Origin: Callorhinchus milii
Taxonomy: Eukaryota
NCBI RefSeq assembly: GCF_018977255.1
Contig: NW_024704743.1
Coordinates: 50,904,001-50,968,000, forward strand
DNA length: 64,000 nt
Direction of reading: 5' to 3'
Under the pieces are notes generated by a model, which worked only from the letters and a program-made list of their open reading frames with translations, did no database searches and was not told the origin of the DNA. This document shows, in pieces, positions 13,105-25,589 of the stretch (positions are counted from its first letter, which is position 1; every line of letters begins with the position of its first letter). The position numbers and the translations under genes are program-made.

Positions 13105-13930
13105 GTTCTATTGGAAACCTGCTTGGCTCTTGCCAGGCACCTCCTCACCTCAGGTGCTGCCTGTATTAACATCTCCAATGACTCATTGCATCTCACGGAG
13201 CCAGTAAAGAACATTGGCACTTTGATCAATCCTCAACTCTCCAAACCTTTTATCTGCGCTCTGACCGAGATCATATTCCTCCGTCTGCGCAACATTGCCT
13301 ACCTCTCCCACTACCTCACCCACTCCCCAACCCCACCCTACACCCCTGACTGTCCAGCACCTTGGGACTTCCTTCTGATGTGAAAGGCTCTAGACAAATG
13401 TAATTTGTTGTTATTGTTGTTGCCACTTGCAGACTCGACTTCTTCAATGGTCTGCTCACCGATCTCCCTTAGTCTGTCTTCCACAAGCTCCAGAAGTCCA
13501 CCGCTCACCTTCTCTCCCACACCAAGCTCCAGAACTCATCACCCCCAACCCTCAACTGATCAAATTTAAGATCATCAATCTAATTTTCAAATACCTCCAT
13601 GATCTTTCCCCATCCTACCTCATCAATTTCTTGTGATCCTAACCCCTGATCAACCTGTCCACTCCACAAACTCTGATCTCTTTCATATTGCCCAAGCACT
13701 CCACCCAGCATTCGGTGGAAAAGCTTTCAGACATTTTGCCCCACTTTGTTTAACTATCTTCTGAAAACCCTTTGTTTCTCCCCCTCTCTATCTATCTGTT
13801 TCAAGACTCATCTAAAAACCCATATCTTCAACTGTGCCTTTGGCCACCTGCCCCCTTGCTCGGGCTCCCACCAAGATTTTCTAAAGTACTTTCAGATATT
13901 CTCCTTTATATAAGGCAAAATATTAATACA
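13105..13930 (+). mobile_element. Old L2 fragment with a younger L2 3' tail nested at ~13320-13422
   Basis: Translation VKNIGTLINPQLS...LRNIA matches the L2 post-RT region; interrupted by cttgggacttccttctgatgtgaaaggc...(TTG)n. Confidence 0.7.
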
Positions 13931-13936
13931 AATTAG

Positions 13937-14280
13937 TAATAATAATAAAACAATAATCCTTGCATTTGATATAGCATTTTATTACTTCATTGAGACATCA
14001 CAAAGCATACAGGGATTTACTGTTAAGTAGATTGTCTGTGCATTTTGTGGGAAAAATGTGTCAGACAATTTGTGCACAGCCAAGTCCACCAACAGCCATG
14101 AATGAAGTGACCAATTTTTTGAATGGGGGTTTATTGACCAGGACATAGGGAGAAACTCCTTTTCTCTTTTTGAGTAGTGCCATGGGATATTTAACAACCA
14201 CCTGAACAGGCAGACAGGACCTCAGTTTAATATCTCATCTAAAGAATGGCACCTCCGACAATGCAATATGCACTGCAACA
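13937..14280 (-). mobile_element. Deu-domain SINE, 5'-truncated
   Basis: Tail plus Deu-like core (tagtgccatgggat...cacctgaacaggcagac...ggcacctccgaca on the + strand). Confidence 0.8.
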
Positions 14281-15162
14281 ACATTGTTGCTGGTAATATA
14301 ATGAAGGAAATTACTATCTATGCTAAATTGAAGTATATCCCAGGGAAATGTGCAATGAATATTGTGTCTGTTTAGAATGTGGTCCCTGTTGTGGCTTTGC
14401 TGTCTAAGCAGAATTGTGTAACAAGTCAAATACTTTCATCATCTCCAAAGAAGAAGAGGCTATCTGGGGATATTTTTTGGTTGCCATGAATTCACTGACT
14501 GCTGTCCATAAGAAATTAGTTCTGTGAGGATGAATCTGTCGAAACATGATCACTAATGCCTTTCCCCTGCTGGAAGCTGATCTATCTATGTACTGCACCT
14601 AGTAGCCAGAGAACAAAAATATTATTTGGGTCAAACTAAATCATCATTGTCCCTCTTGCTACCCTGCATCACAAGCATCAGAAACTCCACAATCAGACAG
14701 AGAGACGCTACCTTTATTAAAAGTTGGCAGTGAATACTGACTGAGTCTGGAATGGCAAAAAAAAGAATTATGGTGGCTAGGAAAAGACTTGTAGACAGGA
14801 AATGATGTAAACAGGAAGTTAAGACTCCATGGGCACATTAATGATGTGAAAAAAATGATATTTTACATTTCTAATGGAGTTATTTATAAGTGAACAGGGA
14901 TAAATTTGAGAAACTTACCAAACTAAGAAGAATATTACTGAGCACACACCAGCAAATACACCACACAGAGTGCACAGAACAAAATCTCTCTTCCCTTACA
15001 CTCCCTCCCCAAACATGTGCTGAGCTAACGAAAGGAGAGGGGTGGGGGGGGGGGTTTGTTGAACTAAATAAAATACAACAATATGATATAGAGCAGCACA
15101 AGGAAACCCTAGACTTGTGCCTATTTACGAGGCTATTATGGGACTAATATAGCAGAACATAA

Positions 15163-15665
15163 ACAATCCTTGCATTTGATGTAGCACCTTTCATATTGGT
15201 AGTGGGTTTCAAAGTGCTTCACAGGAATTACTGTTAAGTGTAACAAAAACAGGAGTCACTGGGAACACTCAGCATGTAAAGCAGCATCTATGGAGAAAGG
15301 AAAGTGAGTCAACGTTTTGGGTCCATAACCCTTCATTAGAATGTCAGTGTCGTGGACCTGAAATGTTAACTCATTTTCCTTTCTCTATAGATGCTGCTTG
15401 ACCTGTTGAGTGTTCCCAACGATTTCTGCTTTTGTTTCAGATTTCCAGCATCTGGAGTATTTTGCATTTTCTTTACTGCAAAATGTATTGACCATGTATT
15501 TTGTAGGCAAATGCGACAGCTAATTTGCGCAAAGCAATGCCCTGTAAACAGCCATGAAGTGAATGATTGACATTGTCTTTGGGTTTCGTTTTTTTGCCAG
15601 GACACTGGAACAAGTTACCTTCTCTTTTTGATTAGTTTTATGGGATCTTTAACATATTTGTAACC
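15163..15665 (-). mobile_element. Deu-type SINE interrupted by a Penelope-type palindrome
   Basis: SINE tail at 15163-15242 resumes at 15473; degenerate 15-nt duplication at the junctions. Confidence 0.7.
15244..15470. mobile_element. Penelope-like terminal inverted repeat remnant with decayed hammerhead cores
   Basis: Arms 15244-15325 and 15353-15434 are reverse complements; the minus arm reads CTAATGA-A-GGGTT-atg-GACCC-AAAAC-GTT. Confidence 0.7.
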
Positions 15666-16254
15666 TGCAAAGGCTTTAATGATGGCGATAAAATCCAACA
15701 TAGTACTCCTGAGTTCTGAAGCAAAGCTACAGTGATCAACAATCCTCCAGTTCATTGACTATTCACCTCCTGACTGTTGGAGGTTGCTGTGTGCAATTTG
15801 GCTGCTGTGTTCAGCCACAAATACACAGTCATGCAACGTAAGAGTAATTACTGTGAAGCACATTGAGATGCTTTGGCATGATAAGTTGTTATATAAAATG
15901 GCAGTATTATTACAACTTATTATTTATTACACGAACTACAGCCAGTAACTCCACACATCCTTGTTTGAACATTGTACCAAAGTTGGCGGAGTGAATAATC
16001 ACAATTTTGATTTTAATAAAGGAAATCACAAAGACAGAAAAAAGTAACCAGAGTAGATGAAAATAAACTGAAGAGGCAATAGCCAAAGTATGAATACGAA
16101 ATATGTTATTAATACCTGAAACCTCAAGAATCTACTTCAATGAATATCACCTCCATCAAATATAAAAAGGGAATTGGATCAGTTCTTGAATTCAGATGAA
16201 AAGAGGTTTGGGTGAAGAAAGTCCTTTAATCTATTTGTGCTAAAGCCTACATCA

Positions 16255-16520
16255 CAAGGTCACAAGATTAGTTTGGATGTAGAAGGTCTTACAGGCCATC
16301 TGATCTGATCCCTGTAGAATTCTCACTATATTATCCTCATTACAACATCGAGCTGTTTCTTAAATGTGTCTAGTGCCCATTCCTCAACCACCTTTCCTGG
16401 CAATCTATTCCAGTCATTAATTACTCTCTGCATAGAGAAAAACGTATTGATATTTGTACTTAAATTTCCCTTTACAACTCTAAACATATGTCCTCTTGTC
16501 TTACCATCCTCGTGCTGTGC
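16255..16520 (-). mobile_element. CR1 LINE 3' fragment (old)
   Basis: caaccacctttcctggcaatctattccagtcattaattactctctg is the CR1 RV.N.WN.LP..VV region; similar to 42940-43245. Confidence 0.65.
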
Positions 16521-17853
16521 TCATCCTACCACAATGCCCATCTTCCCATTATTGTTTCTTCCTGATCTCCACCAAAATTCCTGTTGGTATTATGTTCCAA
16601 GCTGTGAATTAACCTCTATGTGAAGAAATAGTTCCTATTGTCCAACTGAAAATTATCCCTCACAACCTTTAACCTGTGCCCACTCATCCTATTGCTTTGG
16701 CATATTTGCAAATAAAACTGATCTTGGTAAAAGTATGCTTTTTTTCAGCCAAATCTTTCATTAGATTGTAGACACATTACTTTCATGGCACAGGCAAATG
16801 CCAATCCAGGCAAATAGTTATAAAATTGATTGGGAAAGGTTTAAATGATACAATTGTACAAATAATACAAAAAGAACAAAATTGCAACCATTTGGAGGTG
16901 AGTAATGTCACCGTAAAATTCCCTGCATATAACTTCTATAATGGGGAAGTTGGTAGCTCTTTCAATGAGCCAGCACAGGCACAATCGACCAAATGGCCTC
17001 CATCTGTGCTGTGAAATCTATGATTCTATGAAATTCAGAAATCTGGATAATAAATTCAGCACTCTGGATTCTTTGGAACTGAATCCAATACTAACATCCT
17101 GACTTCCCTCATAGCCAAATCAGAGAATCTTAGAATGTTTATAACACAGGAGGCCATTTGGTCCATGATGTCTGTGTTGGTATGAATTTATCTACTGATG
17201 CTAACTACTCTGATTACAATCCTTTACTCATTACTCATCACATTTTATTATTTCCACGTTTAAAAATCGTCGATTCTTTCTGAGTGATATTGTTTGAAGT
17301 GCCGCCTGCTCAACTGCTTAAAGAAACTGTCCCATGTGTAATAGGAATGTAAAATCTCAGAGTAATTGTTGGGTTTTGATCAGTAATTCATTATTGTGCA
17401 GTGTGCTAAGTGAAAAACTCATTTAACAGTACACACAAGCTGCCTGCCATTGTGTGTAGGTGAACTGTGTGATAAATTAGACACGTGAATGCATGGCAGC
17501 CATCAATTTGAACATTAAATTCAAGCCCACACTGTGCTATTTGACAAAAGCAAAATGGATATTCTAAGTTGTGGATCAAAAAAATATTTATGCATTGATT
17601 TTGCCCTGTGTAATTTATTTAACAATGATAGCACAGCGATGGTGTCTTTAAATATAAATTTTAGTTTCAATACTAAATGGTGTGACTGATTCTCATTCAT
17701 TTCACTTCATAGATCATCACTATCTGTTGCCTCCTTCAGTTAAAATAAATATGTGTACCTTAACTCTCAGTGATATAGATGGATAGGATTTATTTTTCCG
17801 TTTTAAGGTATGGTAGCATCCTTTTTACTTACATGAAGCTGGAAGGTGGAAAC

Positions 17854-18190
17854 CTGGCTCAGTTGGTAGAAATCTCAGTTCTGAATTAGAAGTTTGTAGG
17901 TTCAAGCTGGGACTTTGAGCTCATAGCTGAGGGAGTGCTGTACTGTTGGAGGTGCCATCCTTTGGATGAGATCTTAAACTGATGTCCCATCTCTCTGTTC
18001 AGGTGCATGTTAAAGATCCCTACATGGCACTAATCTCCTGGTGCCCTGGCCAACAATTCCCCAAATAAAATTGGCATTCACTTTATGGCTGATTGTAGGA
18101 TGTTGCTGTGTGCAATTGGCTGTCACATTTGCCTGCAAATACACAATCACTACAATAAATCCTACCAAACACTTTGACAAGTTTCAACAA
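17854..18190 (+). mobile_element. Deu-domain SINE
   Basis: cctggctcagttggtag head, then gctgagggagtgctgtactgttggaggtgccatcctttggatgag...taaagatccc core. Confidence 0.8.
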
Positions 18191-18297
18191 TATAAGACTA
18201 AGAATGAAAGATATATTTGTTTTCCCAAAAAAATTAAATTTCAAGAATAATTGCAAATTGTATGGTATTATTGAAAACTCCTGTGAGACATTTTAAG

Positions 18298-18388
18298 TGG
18301 GGGCTCATGTGGAGTATAAACAGTAGCATAGACTGGTTGGACTGAATGGACTGTATCTATGCTGTATCACTCTATGTAATCTATGTAA
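18298..18388 (+). mobile_element. CR1-type / HE1-like 3' tail
   Basis: ggctcatgtggagtataaac...ctatgtaatctatgtaa; related copies near 30958-31053 and 54495-54570. Confidence 0.6.
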
Positions 18389-19157
18389 CACTACAGTCAA
18401 GCAGACTTGTCAGTATATACTTCATGCATCACATGCGTGCAGTTTTCAAATGGTTGGGGTGAAAAAACAAGTATGTAGAATTTGAGCTAAAGTGAGTACT
18501 TTGCCTACAAATACACAATCAATACATTTACAGAAACTCTGTGAAGTGCTTTTAGGTGTTATAGGTACTATTTCATAAACAAACATTATTATTAGGTCTT
18601 ATCCCAAGTTAGTCTTGAATTTTAATCTCTAATAATCTCATCTTATTCATAAAAATCACAGTTGTTTGTAAGGATTTGCTGAATTTCTGGTGCTGATATA
18701 TCAGCCAGAGACAGATTAATTGCAGTGTTTAGGTAAGGCATAATGCTTAAAATCCAAAACAATCTCAGTTGTGCCAATGTGTTTTATATTGAAATTTCAG
18801 AATAAGCTTAAAAGGATCCATGTATAATGTACTGAGGTATGGTGTGACAATTGTGTACATACCCAGAGTCATTTGGGCAATGGTTCACACTTTGGTGTGA
18901 ATATAGATTTTTAAACCTTTGTGCTAGTGTCTATGTGTTCAGTGCCTCATCATTATCCTTACATTTGATACAGTACCTTTCATGTCAGGAGGATGTCTTA
19001 AAATGTCTCACAGGATTTTTTAATAATACCATACAATTTGCAATTTGTAGTGATTTTCTAGTAATGTATACTAACTCGGTATGTTGCAAGCAAACACAGT
19101 AGCAAATTTGTGCCAATGACCCACAAACAGCTATGCAGTCAATGATCGTTGCTTTGA

Positions 19158-19365
19158 CTGCCAGCTAGTCAGCCAATCCGTCAACCAACCTGTCAACAGG
19201 CCAACCAGTGAACCAACCAAACTGCCAACCAACTAACCAATCAACCACCCAAATAACAGCCAACCAACCAGTCAAATAAACAGCCAACAAACTAGGCAAT
19301 AAACCAGCCAACAAGCTAACCAGCCAACCAATCAGCTAAACAACCAACCAGCAACAATAACAACA
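19158..19365. repeat. Degenerate (CCAA/CCAG)n low-complexity array, left part
   Basis: Imperfect caac/ccaa/ccag tetramers seen directly. Confidence 0.9.
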
Positions 19366-20527
19366 ACAAAATTACATTTATAGAGCGCCTTTCAGATTGG
19401 GAGGATGTCCCAAAGTGTTGAACAGTCAGGTGTTGGGGTGAGGGAAGGCAGAAAGGTGGGAGAGAGACCAAAAGCACGGTTGAAGAGAAGGGTCTTGAGA
19501 CCAGTCTTGAAGGAGGCAAGGGAGGAAGCGAGGCAAAGGGATCATGGGATGGAGTTCCAGAGTGTGGGGGCTGAGAGGCTGAAAGTGCGGCCACCAATGG
19601 TAGGGCAGGAGACATGGAGCAGGCCGCATCCCGCTGAATGGAGGGAGCGGGCAGGTTGGTAGGGAATCAGCAGTCAGAGAAGTAGGAGGGGGCAAGGCCA
19701 TGGATGGCCTTAAAGGTGAGGACGAGGATCCTCTGGGGGATGGGGAGCCAGTGGAGTCAGGCGAGGGTGGGAGTGATGGGGTCATGGAGCCTGGTGAGTG
19801 AGAGTGCATGAGCTGCAGAGTTTTGGATGATCTGCAGCTTGTGAAGGGAAGAGCTGGGAAGGCCGATGAGGAGGGAGTTCCTGTAATCAAGTCTTGAGGT
19901 GACGAATGCATAGGTGAGGGTTTCGGCAGCCTGAGGGGTGAGGCAGTAGCGGAGTCTAGCAATATTGCGGAGGTGGTGGTAGGCAGTGCCGGTCATAGCA
20001 CGGATGTGGGGAAGAAACGACATTTCAGGGTCAAACAAGATACCCAGGTATCATTGACTTAGTGAGGTTGAGTGTAGCCATGGAGGCTGATGCTGCCACT
20101 GCCTGAGGTGCGGAGGCGCTGGCGCGAGCCAATCAGAATGGCCTCGGTCTTGCTGACGTTGAGTTGGAGAAAGTTGGCCCTCGCTGATGTCGGACAGGCA
20201 GTCGGTCAGGACACCAGTAGTCCTGGAGTTCAGGGTGGAGGCAGAGAGGTAGAGTTGGGTGTCATCTGCATACATGTGGAAATTTATCCCATGTCTGCGG
20301 ATGATGTCACCAAGGGGGAGCATGTAGAGGATGAAGAGGAGTGGACTGAGGACAGAGCCCTGAGGAACACCACATGAGACAGTGTGGGGGCTGGAGGAGA
20401 AGCTGTTTGCCGCGACAAAGTGGAGGTGGTGTGAAAGGTAGGACCTGAATCAGTCAAGGCAGAACCTTGAAGGTTGAGGTGGGAGGAGAGGCGGTGGAGG
20501 AGGATTGAGTGGCCCACTGTGTCAAAG
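19352..20527 (-). mobile_element. 5'-truncated L2 LINE, RT C-half plus 3' UTR, frameshifted
   Basis: [25 protein letters not shown] and [12 protein letters not shown]...FVTSRLDY in different frames; (TTG)n tail at 19352-19368. Confidence 0.93.
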
Positions 20528-21487
20528 CCAGTCAGCTAACCAACAAATCAGCCAAACAGCTAACTAGCAAACCAGCCTGCCAACTAGCCAATCAGCCAGC
20601 CAACCAACAAGCTAACCAAACATCGAACCATACAGCCAAAGAAGCAACCAGCCATCTAGCCAAACAACCAACTAGCCAACAATCCACCCACCAGCCAAAC
20701 AACCAACCAATAAGCCAACCAACCAGCCAATGAACCAGCTAACTAGCAAACAAATCAAAAAGCAAAACAATCAGCCAGCCAACAAAACCACTAACCAACC
20801 AACATCCCAACCAACTAGCCAAACAAACAACCAACCAACAAGCCAACCAAGTGGTCAACCAGCGAATCAACGCACCAACAACCCAACCAACCTGCCACAA
20901 CCAAACAGCCATCCATCCAACCAATCAACCAGCCAATGAACCAATCAACCAGCAAACAAACCAACCAAAAACCCAGCCAACCAAACAATGCGTCAACCAG
21001 ACAACCAACCAGCCAGCCAACTAACAAGACAAACAACCAGCCAACCAACCAACCAGCCAGACAACCAACTAACCAACCAAGCAACAAGCCAACCAAACAG
21101 CCAACCAACCAGTCAACCAGCGAACCCATCAACAATAACATAACCAGCCAGCCAACTAAACAGTAAGCCAACCAATCTGCCGTAAGCAAACCAGCCAGCC
21201 AACCAAACAATCAAACAGCCATCCAACCAACCAACCAGTGAATCAGCCACAAAAAAAAACCAGCCAAACAACCAGAGAACCAACTAATGAACCAGCCAAC
21301 CAACCAACAAGTGAATCAGCCAAACAAACAAATAACCAGCCAACAAGTCAACCAAGCAACAAGCCAACCAAACAGCCAGTCAACCAGTGAACCAAACAAC
21401 CCAACTGACCAGCTAACCAAACAACGAGCCAGACAGCCAACCAACAGCCAAACAAACAACCAGCACATCACCTCCCAACACAACCAG
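20527..21487. repeat. Degenerate (CCAA/CCAG)n low-complexity array, ~960 nt
   Basis: A/C-dominated imperfect tetramer array; a short continuation at 21647-21669. Confidence 0.93.
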
Positions 21488-21612
21488 TGAAGCAAGGGAG
21501 ACCAGCGAGGAGGGCATTTGAGTAGTTGAGGCAGGAGGTGACAAAGTCATGGATGAGGGTTTTGGCATCTTTTGGAGTGAGGTATGGATAGAGGTGGGCA
21601 ATGTGGCGGGGC
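21487..21612 (-). mobile_element. Short internal L2 fragment
   Basis: Translation RHIAHLYPYLTPKDAKTLIHDFVTSCLNYSNALLAGLP. Confidence 0.8.
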
Positions 21613-21944
21613 GGAAAGGAAAAATCATTGGCGAGAGGAAAAAATGCAGCCATCTAGCCAGCCAACCAGGTTAAAGTTTTTAAATTAAAAATGTGATTGA
21701 AGGTGAACCTCCATGAAAACTATTTCACAACTTTATTTTAGTTTATTTAAAACCACCATTCCACCTGCAAAACAATTTGTCTTAAAATTCAAGATGATGA
21801 AGAATTGTGGAAAATTCTTCAATTCACTTTCAATCTGGAAGCAGGTTCTTGTTAAGAACTGCAAAAAGCAGCTGCCAGATAAGCCTGAATTTTCACAATT
21901 CTTCGCAATTTTGTACCATCTTTATTTTTTGTTGGTCGGGGTAT

Positions 21945-22070
21945 TAATAGATATGGGGAGAAAGTGGGAAATTGGATTTGAAATTCTAGTAAAAATATAG
22001 ATCAGCCATGATCTAATTAAATGGCGGAACAAGCTCGACGGGCTGAATGGCCTACTCCTGTTCCTATGTA
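21945..22070 (+). mobile_element. CR1 LINE 3' end
   Basis: atagatcagccatgatctaattaaatggcggaacaagctcgacgggctgaatggcctactcctgttcctatg, typical of a CR1 3' UTR. Confidence 0.75.
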
Positions 22071-24050
22071 AGACAAAATGGTCTTCTGGGGTTAACACTC
22101 GATGCAATTTTAGATCTTTGATGCAATGATCTGATTTCTTGTCCAACATAACATTGTAATGGAATAAAATAGTGTTTGAAGCATTTGGTTGTCAGATGCT
22201 CCAGGGAGATTTCCATTCTGGTCATGGTTCTTTTCTTTTGCCAATATGTTACATAAATTTAAGTAGAGTAGTATGATATGATCAGGCTATTTGGCCCAAC
22301 TGGTCCATGCTCGAGTTTACACTCTACACAAGACCTGACCTCTCCTATTCCCCTCTTTATGCCGCTCTCTTCCCATCTTGCTCATCTGCACATGAGGTAG
22401 AAGGCAATAATTTATCACAGCTCAGTTGCAAGTGGGAAATATTAATAACAACATGGCTCTTTGCATAATAACAACAATTTGCACTTGTAAGTGCACCTTT
22501 CATATAGAATGCACACCTCAAAGTGCTTTACAGCTGTAATAGAAAGAATCAAGCAGGAAAAAGAGAGATGTTGACCAAAAGCCCAGTTAATATGTTAGTT
22601 TTACGTATTGTAACATTTAGATTATAGAAAGACAGCTCATTACTTTGAAACAAATAAATCTCTTGATGATTATTTCACCTCCTAATTTTGATAAAAACAA
22701 GTAGAAACTCTTTGGGGAAAAAAAAGGCTTTTCTAAGTTTATCAGATAAAAATAATAGTTGCCAGGAATGTTAAAAATAAAACATAAGCGATGCAAACGC
22801 ATCTGAAAGAAAAAGGTAAATTAATGTTTTGGACGTGACTCTTGATTGGAACTCAGTCTGCGTCTACAACAAGTTATAATTATAAGCCGTTCACACAGAA
22901 TAATATCTCAGAACATCAACCTCTTTTTCTTCAGTGCTAATCATCATGCTCAGGTTTTATTTGCTCCAAAATGTATGGAACTTTTATTCTAAATGCTCCA
23001 TTTTAAGCAGCTAATAACTCTAACAATGGTGGGCAGACACACAACATTAAAGTTTCATTAAGAGTAGAAATATTCCTAACGAACACCGTGCATATTTTGC
23101 TGAGTCTTTGGTTCTCACTAGTTTGAATGGCTAGGATTAGAGATATAGTATTATTATTGTTAGGTTCAAATTGCTTTAAATGTTGGGGATTATTCTGGGA
23201 GGGTTGAATTATTCTCTCGCTAAAGGTTTATAATCCCCACAAAGGTTCTGGCGACGTATGCACCAAGACTTTATGTTCATCTGTCTATGTATGTGTGTGT
23301 GTTTTATTAACATACATATATTTGTGCAAAGTAAGTTTAAACATTAAGTGAATCAAAGCTGTACAGTAAAAGAATGTTTGAAAGTTATACATGAGCTTCC
23401 TTTGACAGACTTTCCCAGGCTTAGTTTATGTTACCTTTTAATAGTTCTCTCACAATGGTTCGTAATCAGCCGTGACAAATAGTCCACCCCATAAACCCTT
23501 CAAAGTAATGATATCATAAAAATCCTTTTTTAATTGCTACCCCAGGCCAACACCATCAAACAAAGCTGTAAGAAAGATTGACAGGTTTCAATTTTTATAT
23601 GTTTTTAGAAGACTGTTCAGCTTTGTGTGATTATTGCCACAGAACTATTTACTTGACTTTTACAAGAGTGACCTCCAGAGTGTATGAGACTAGTTTGAAA
23701 TGCCACTGTGTAAAAAGAGGAAGAGAAGAAAGAAAAAATTGTTTTCAAAGAATGTTCCAACATGTGATTATGGAGAGTGCTGCAGGTATTTAGTTTGCTA
23801 CATTGCAGGGTTTGGTCAAACCCGGGAGGCACAGTATGTCAGCTGCTCTGATATACAGAAAGTACAAATCTCTTGACACGTCAAGTCAACCATGCTTCAC
23901 TGTAGTAGTGTTTTGCAGATATATTGAGCGCTAACAATACATTTGGAATTTGTAATCATGCTCTAATCATGGCAGATTGTTTTATTTTATCTTGATAACT
24001 GAGTCTATTTAAACTTTACTGTAAACTTAATTGGGCAAAGAACCAGAACA

Positions 24051-24335
24051 TTTTGGTCAGGCAAATGTCTGACACATGTGGAAGCCCATCACCATCCTTA
24101 AGATGAAACAAACCAGACTGCGTTCCACATATGTATGTCACTTACACATGGAAATTTCCCTGTGTTTGAAATGGAATGTGCACTCTCTCTGAGGAGGGAC
24201 TCACCCTGCTTAACTAATTCTGTGAGTCAGCAAGACCTAGGCACATGTCAGCAAGAGGCAAGGCTTGGGGATCGCAGAAGCTTTATTGAGGTGTTTTAAC
24301 AGGAGCTGAGTGGGAAGAATCTCTGCCCTCAGTGA
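24051..24335 (-). mobile_element. Family X copy with internal deletion
   Basis: ttttggtcaggcaaatgtctgacacatgtggaagcccatcaccatccttaag matches 4890-4940; ends aggagctgagtgggaagaatctctgccctcagtga. Confidence 0.75.
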
Positions 24336-24669
24336 GAACCAAATTTGGATCAGTTGCTTTATCTATAGTAGAGATGCATTCAAAAGGAAGCTAGGTAATC
24401 AGGCACTTGAGCTGGACTGAACTGGATCCAGGTGATATGCCTGGCAATGAAATATTGGAATCGAGTTGAACCTCTGTGGCAGTCTAAGTAATTCTGTTCC
24501 TGGTCCAGGAGTCTGTCATCCTCCAAGACACTGCTGATGACAGATCAGCCAGTCTGTCTTGTTATGATAATAATCCTTACATTTGGTATAGCGCCTTTTA
24601 GGTCAGAACACTTCTCCAAACGTTTCACAAGATATACTGCAGAGTGACTGGTACTTTGTGGGTGAATTC

Positions 24670-24772
24670 TGACAGGAGTTAAAGTGGCAGACCAGTCACT
24701 GGGGAAAAGGATTCTTGCCATTTGGCTCCAATTAACCCTGCAACTTAAAGCTCTAACGGGTAGGGTGGTCTG
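24670..24772 (+). mobile_element. Family X 5' fragment
   Basis: ggcagaccagtcactgggg...ttaaccctgcaac...gggtagggtggtc matches the reverse complement of ~5210-5293. Confidence 0.65.
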
Positions 24773-24846
24773 CACATGTGGAGCACTCAGTTTGTAAGTT
24801 CCTACTTCGCCTTTCTTGTTATCTTCGTGGTTATAGTTGAAGTAAA

Positions 24847-25158
24847 AATAATAATAATTCTTGCAGATATAGCGCCTTATCGAGACGTCTCAAAGCACTT
24901 CACAGAATATACTGCAAAGTGAATTGATTGTGTGTTTTGTGGGCCGAAGTGCAGCAGCTAATTGCGCACAGCAGTATCGTGCAAACAGTCATGGATTGAG
25001 TGATCAAATTATTATTTATTTGTTTATTTGAAGCGATTATTATCCCTAGAAAAGCGATCCGCCAATCGACTAACAACCGGGTTCCTACGTACTGTTCGAT
25101 AAACAGAGGCGTGTGGAGTAAGGAAACTTGCCCAGCATTTCGCTTTGACCGGAAATTC
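24847..25158 (-). mobile_element. tRNA-headed SINE, long variant, 5'-truncated
   Basis: Contains accgggttcctacgtactg...aacagaggcgtgtggagtaaggaaacttgccca. Confidence 0.85.
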
Positions 25159-25589
25159 AGACCATTCAAATATAGACATGGCAGAGAAGAGACAGAACAG
25201 GAACACGCATACATCATAGACACAGACAACTGTGCCATCAACAGGACAAATATATTATTATATTTTTTACTTTGGGATTAGTCAAGTAGTCTTTCCTAGT
25301 ACCTTACATTCCTATGTAAATCAGAGTTGGACTTTACTTGTCACACCAGCTGTCTATTGACATAAAACCAACAGCACATAAACAGAATTGGACTTGGGAG
25401 AAGAAAAAGATTAGGCCCACTATAGGTAATTCCTCTAATATATTCATTTTCCTATCATGGCATCAACTTATATTTTGCAAACTTCAATTACCCCCTTCCA
25501 TGGTAGATTATTGAAAACATGTAACAATCTTAGAATAAAGAGCTTTCCCAGTATCTATAGTAAATGTACTTTTACTACTTGCTGTGTGT

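Noticed and set aside
20509..21490. Q/N/P/T-rich and L/V/G/W-rich ORFs
   Set aside because: Artefacts of translating the (CCAA/CCAG)n array; open on both strands because stops are rare.
24534..24560. CTGATGA followed by a hairpin, as a possible intact hammerhead
   Set aside because: No GAAA after the stem. The other CTGATGA sites I checked (10431, 35695 minus, 40337) also fail.
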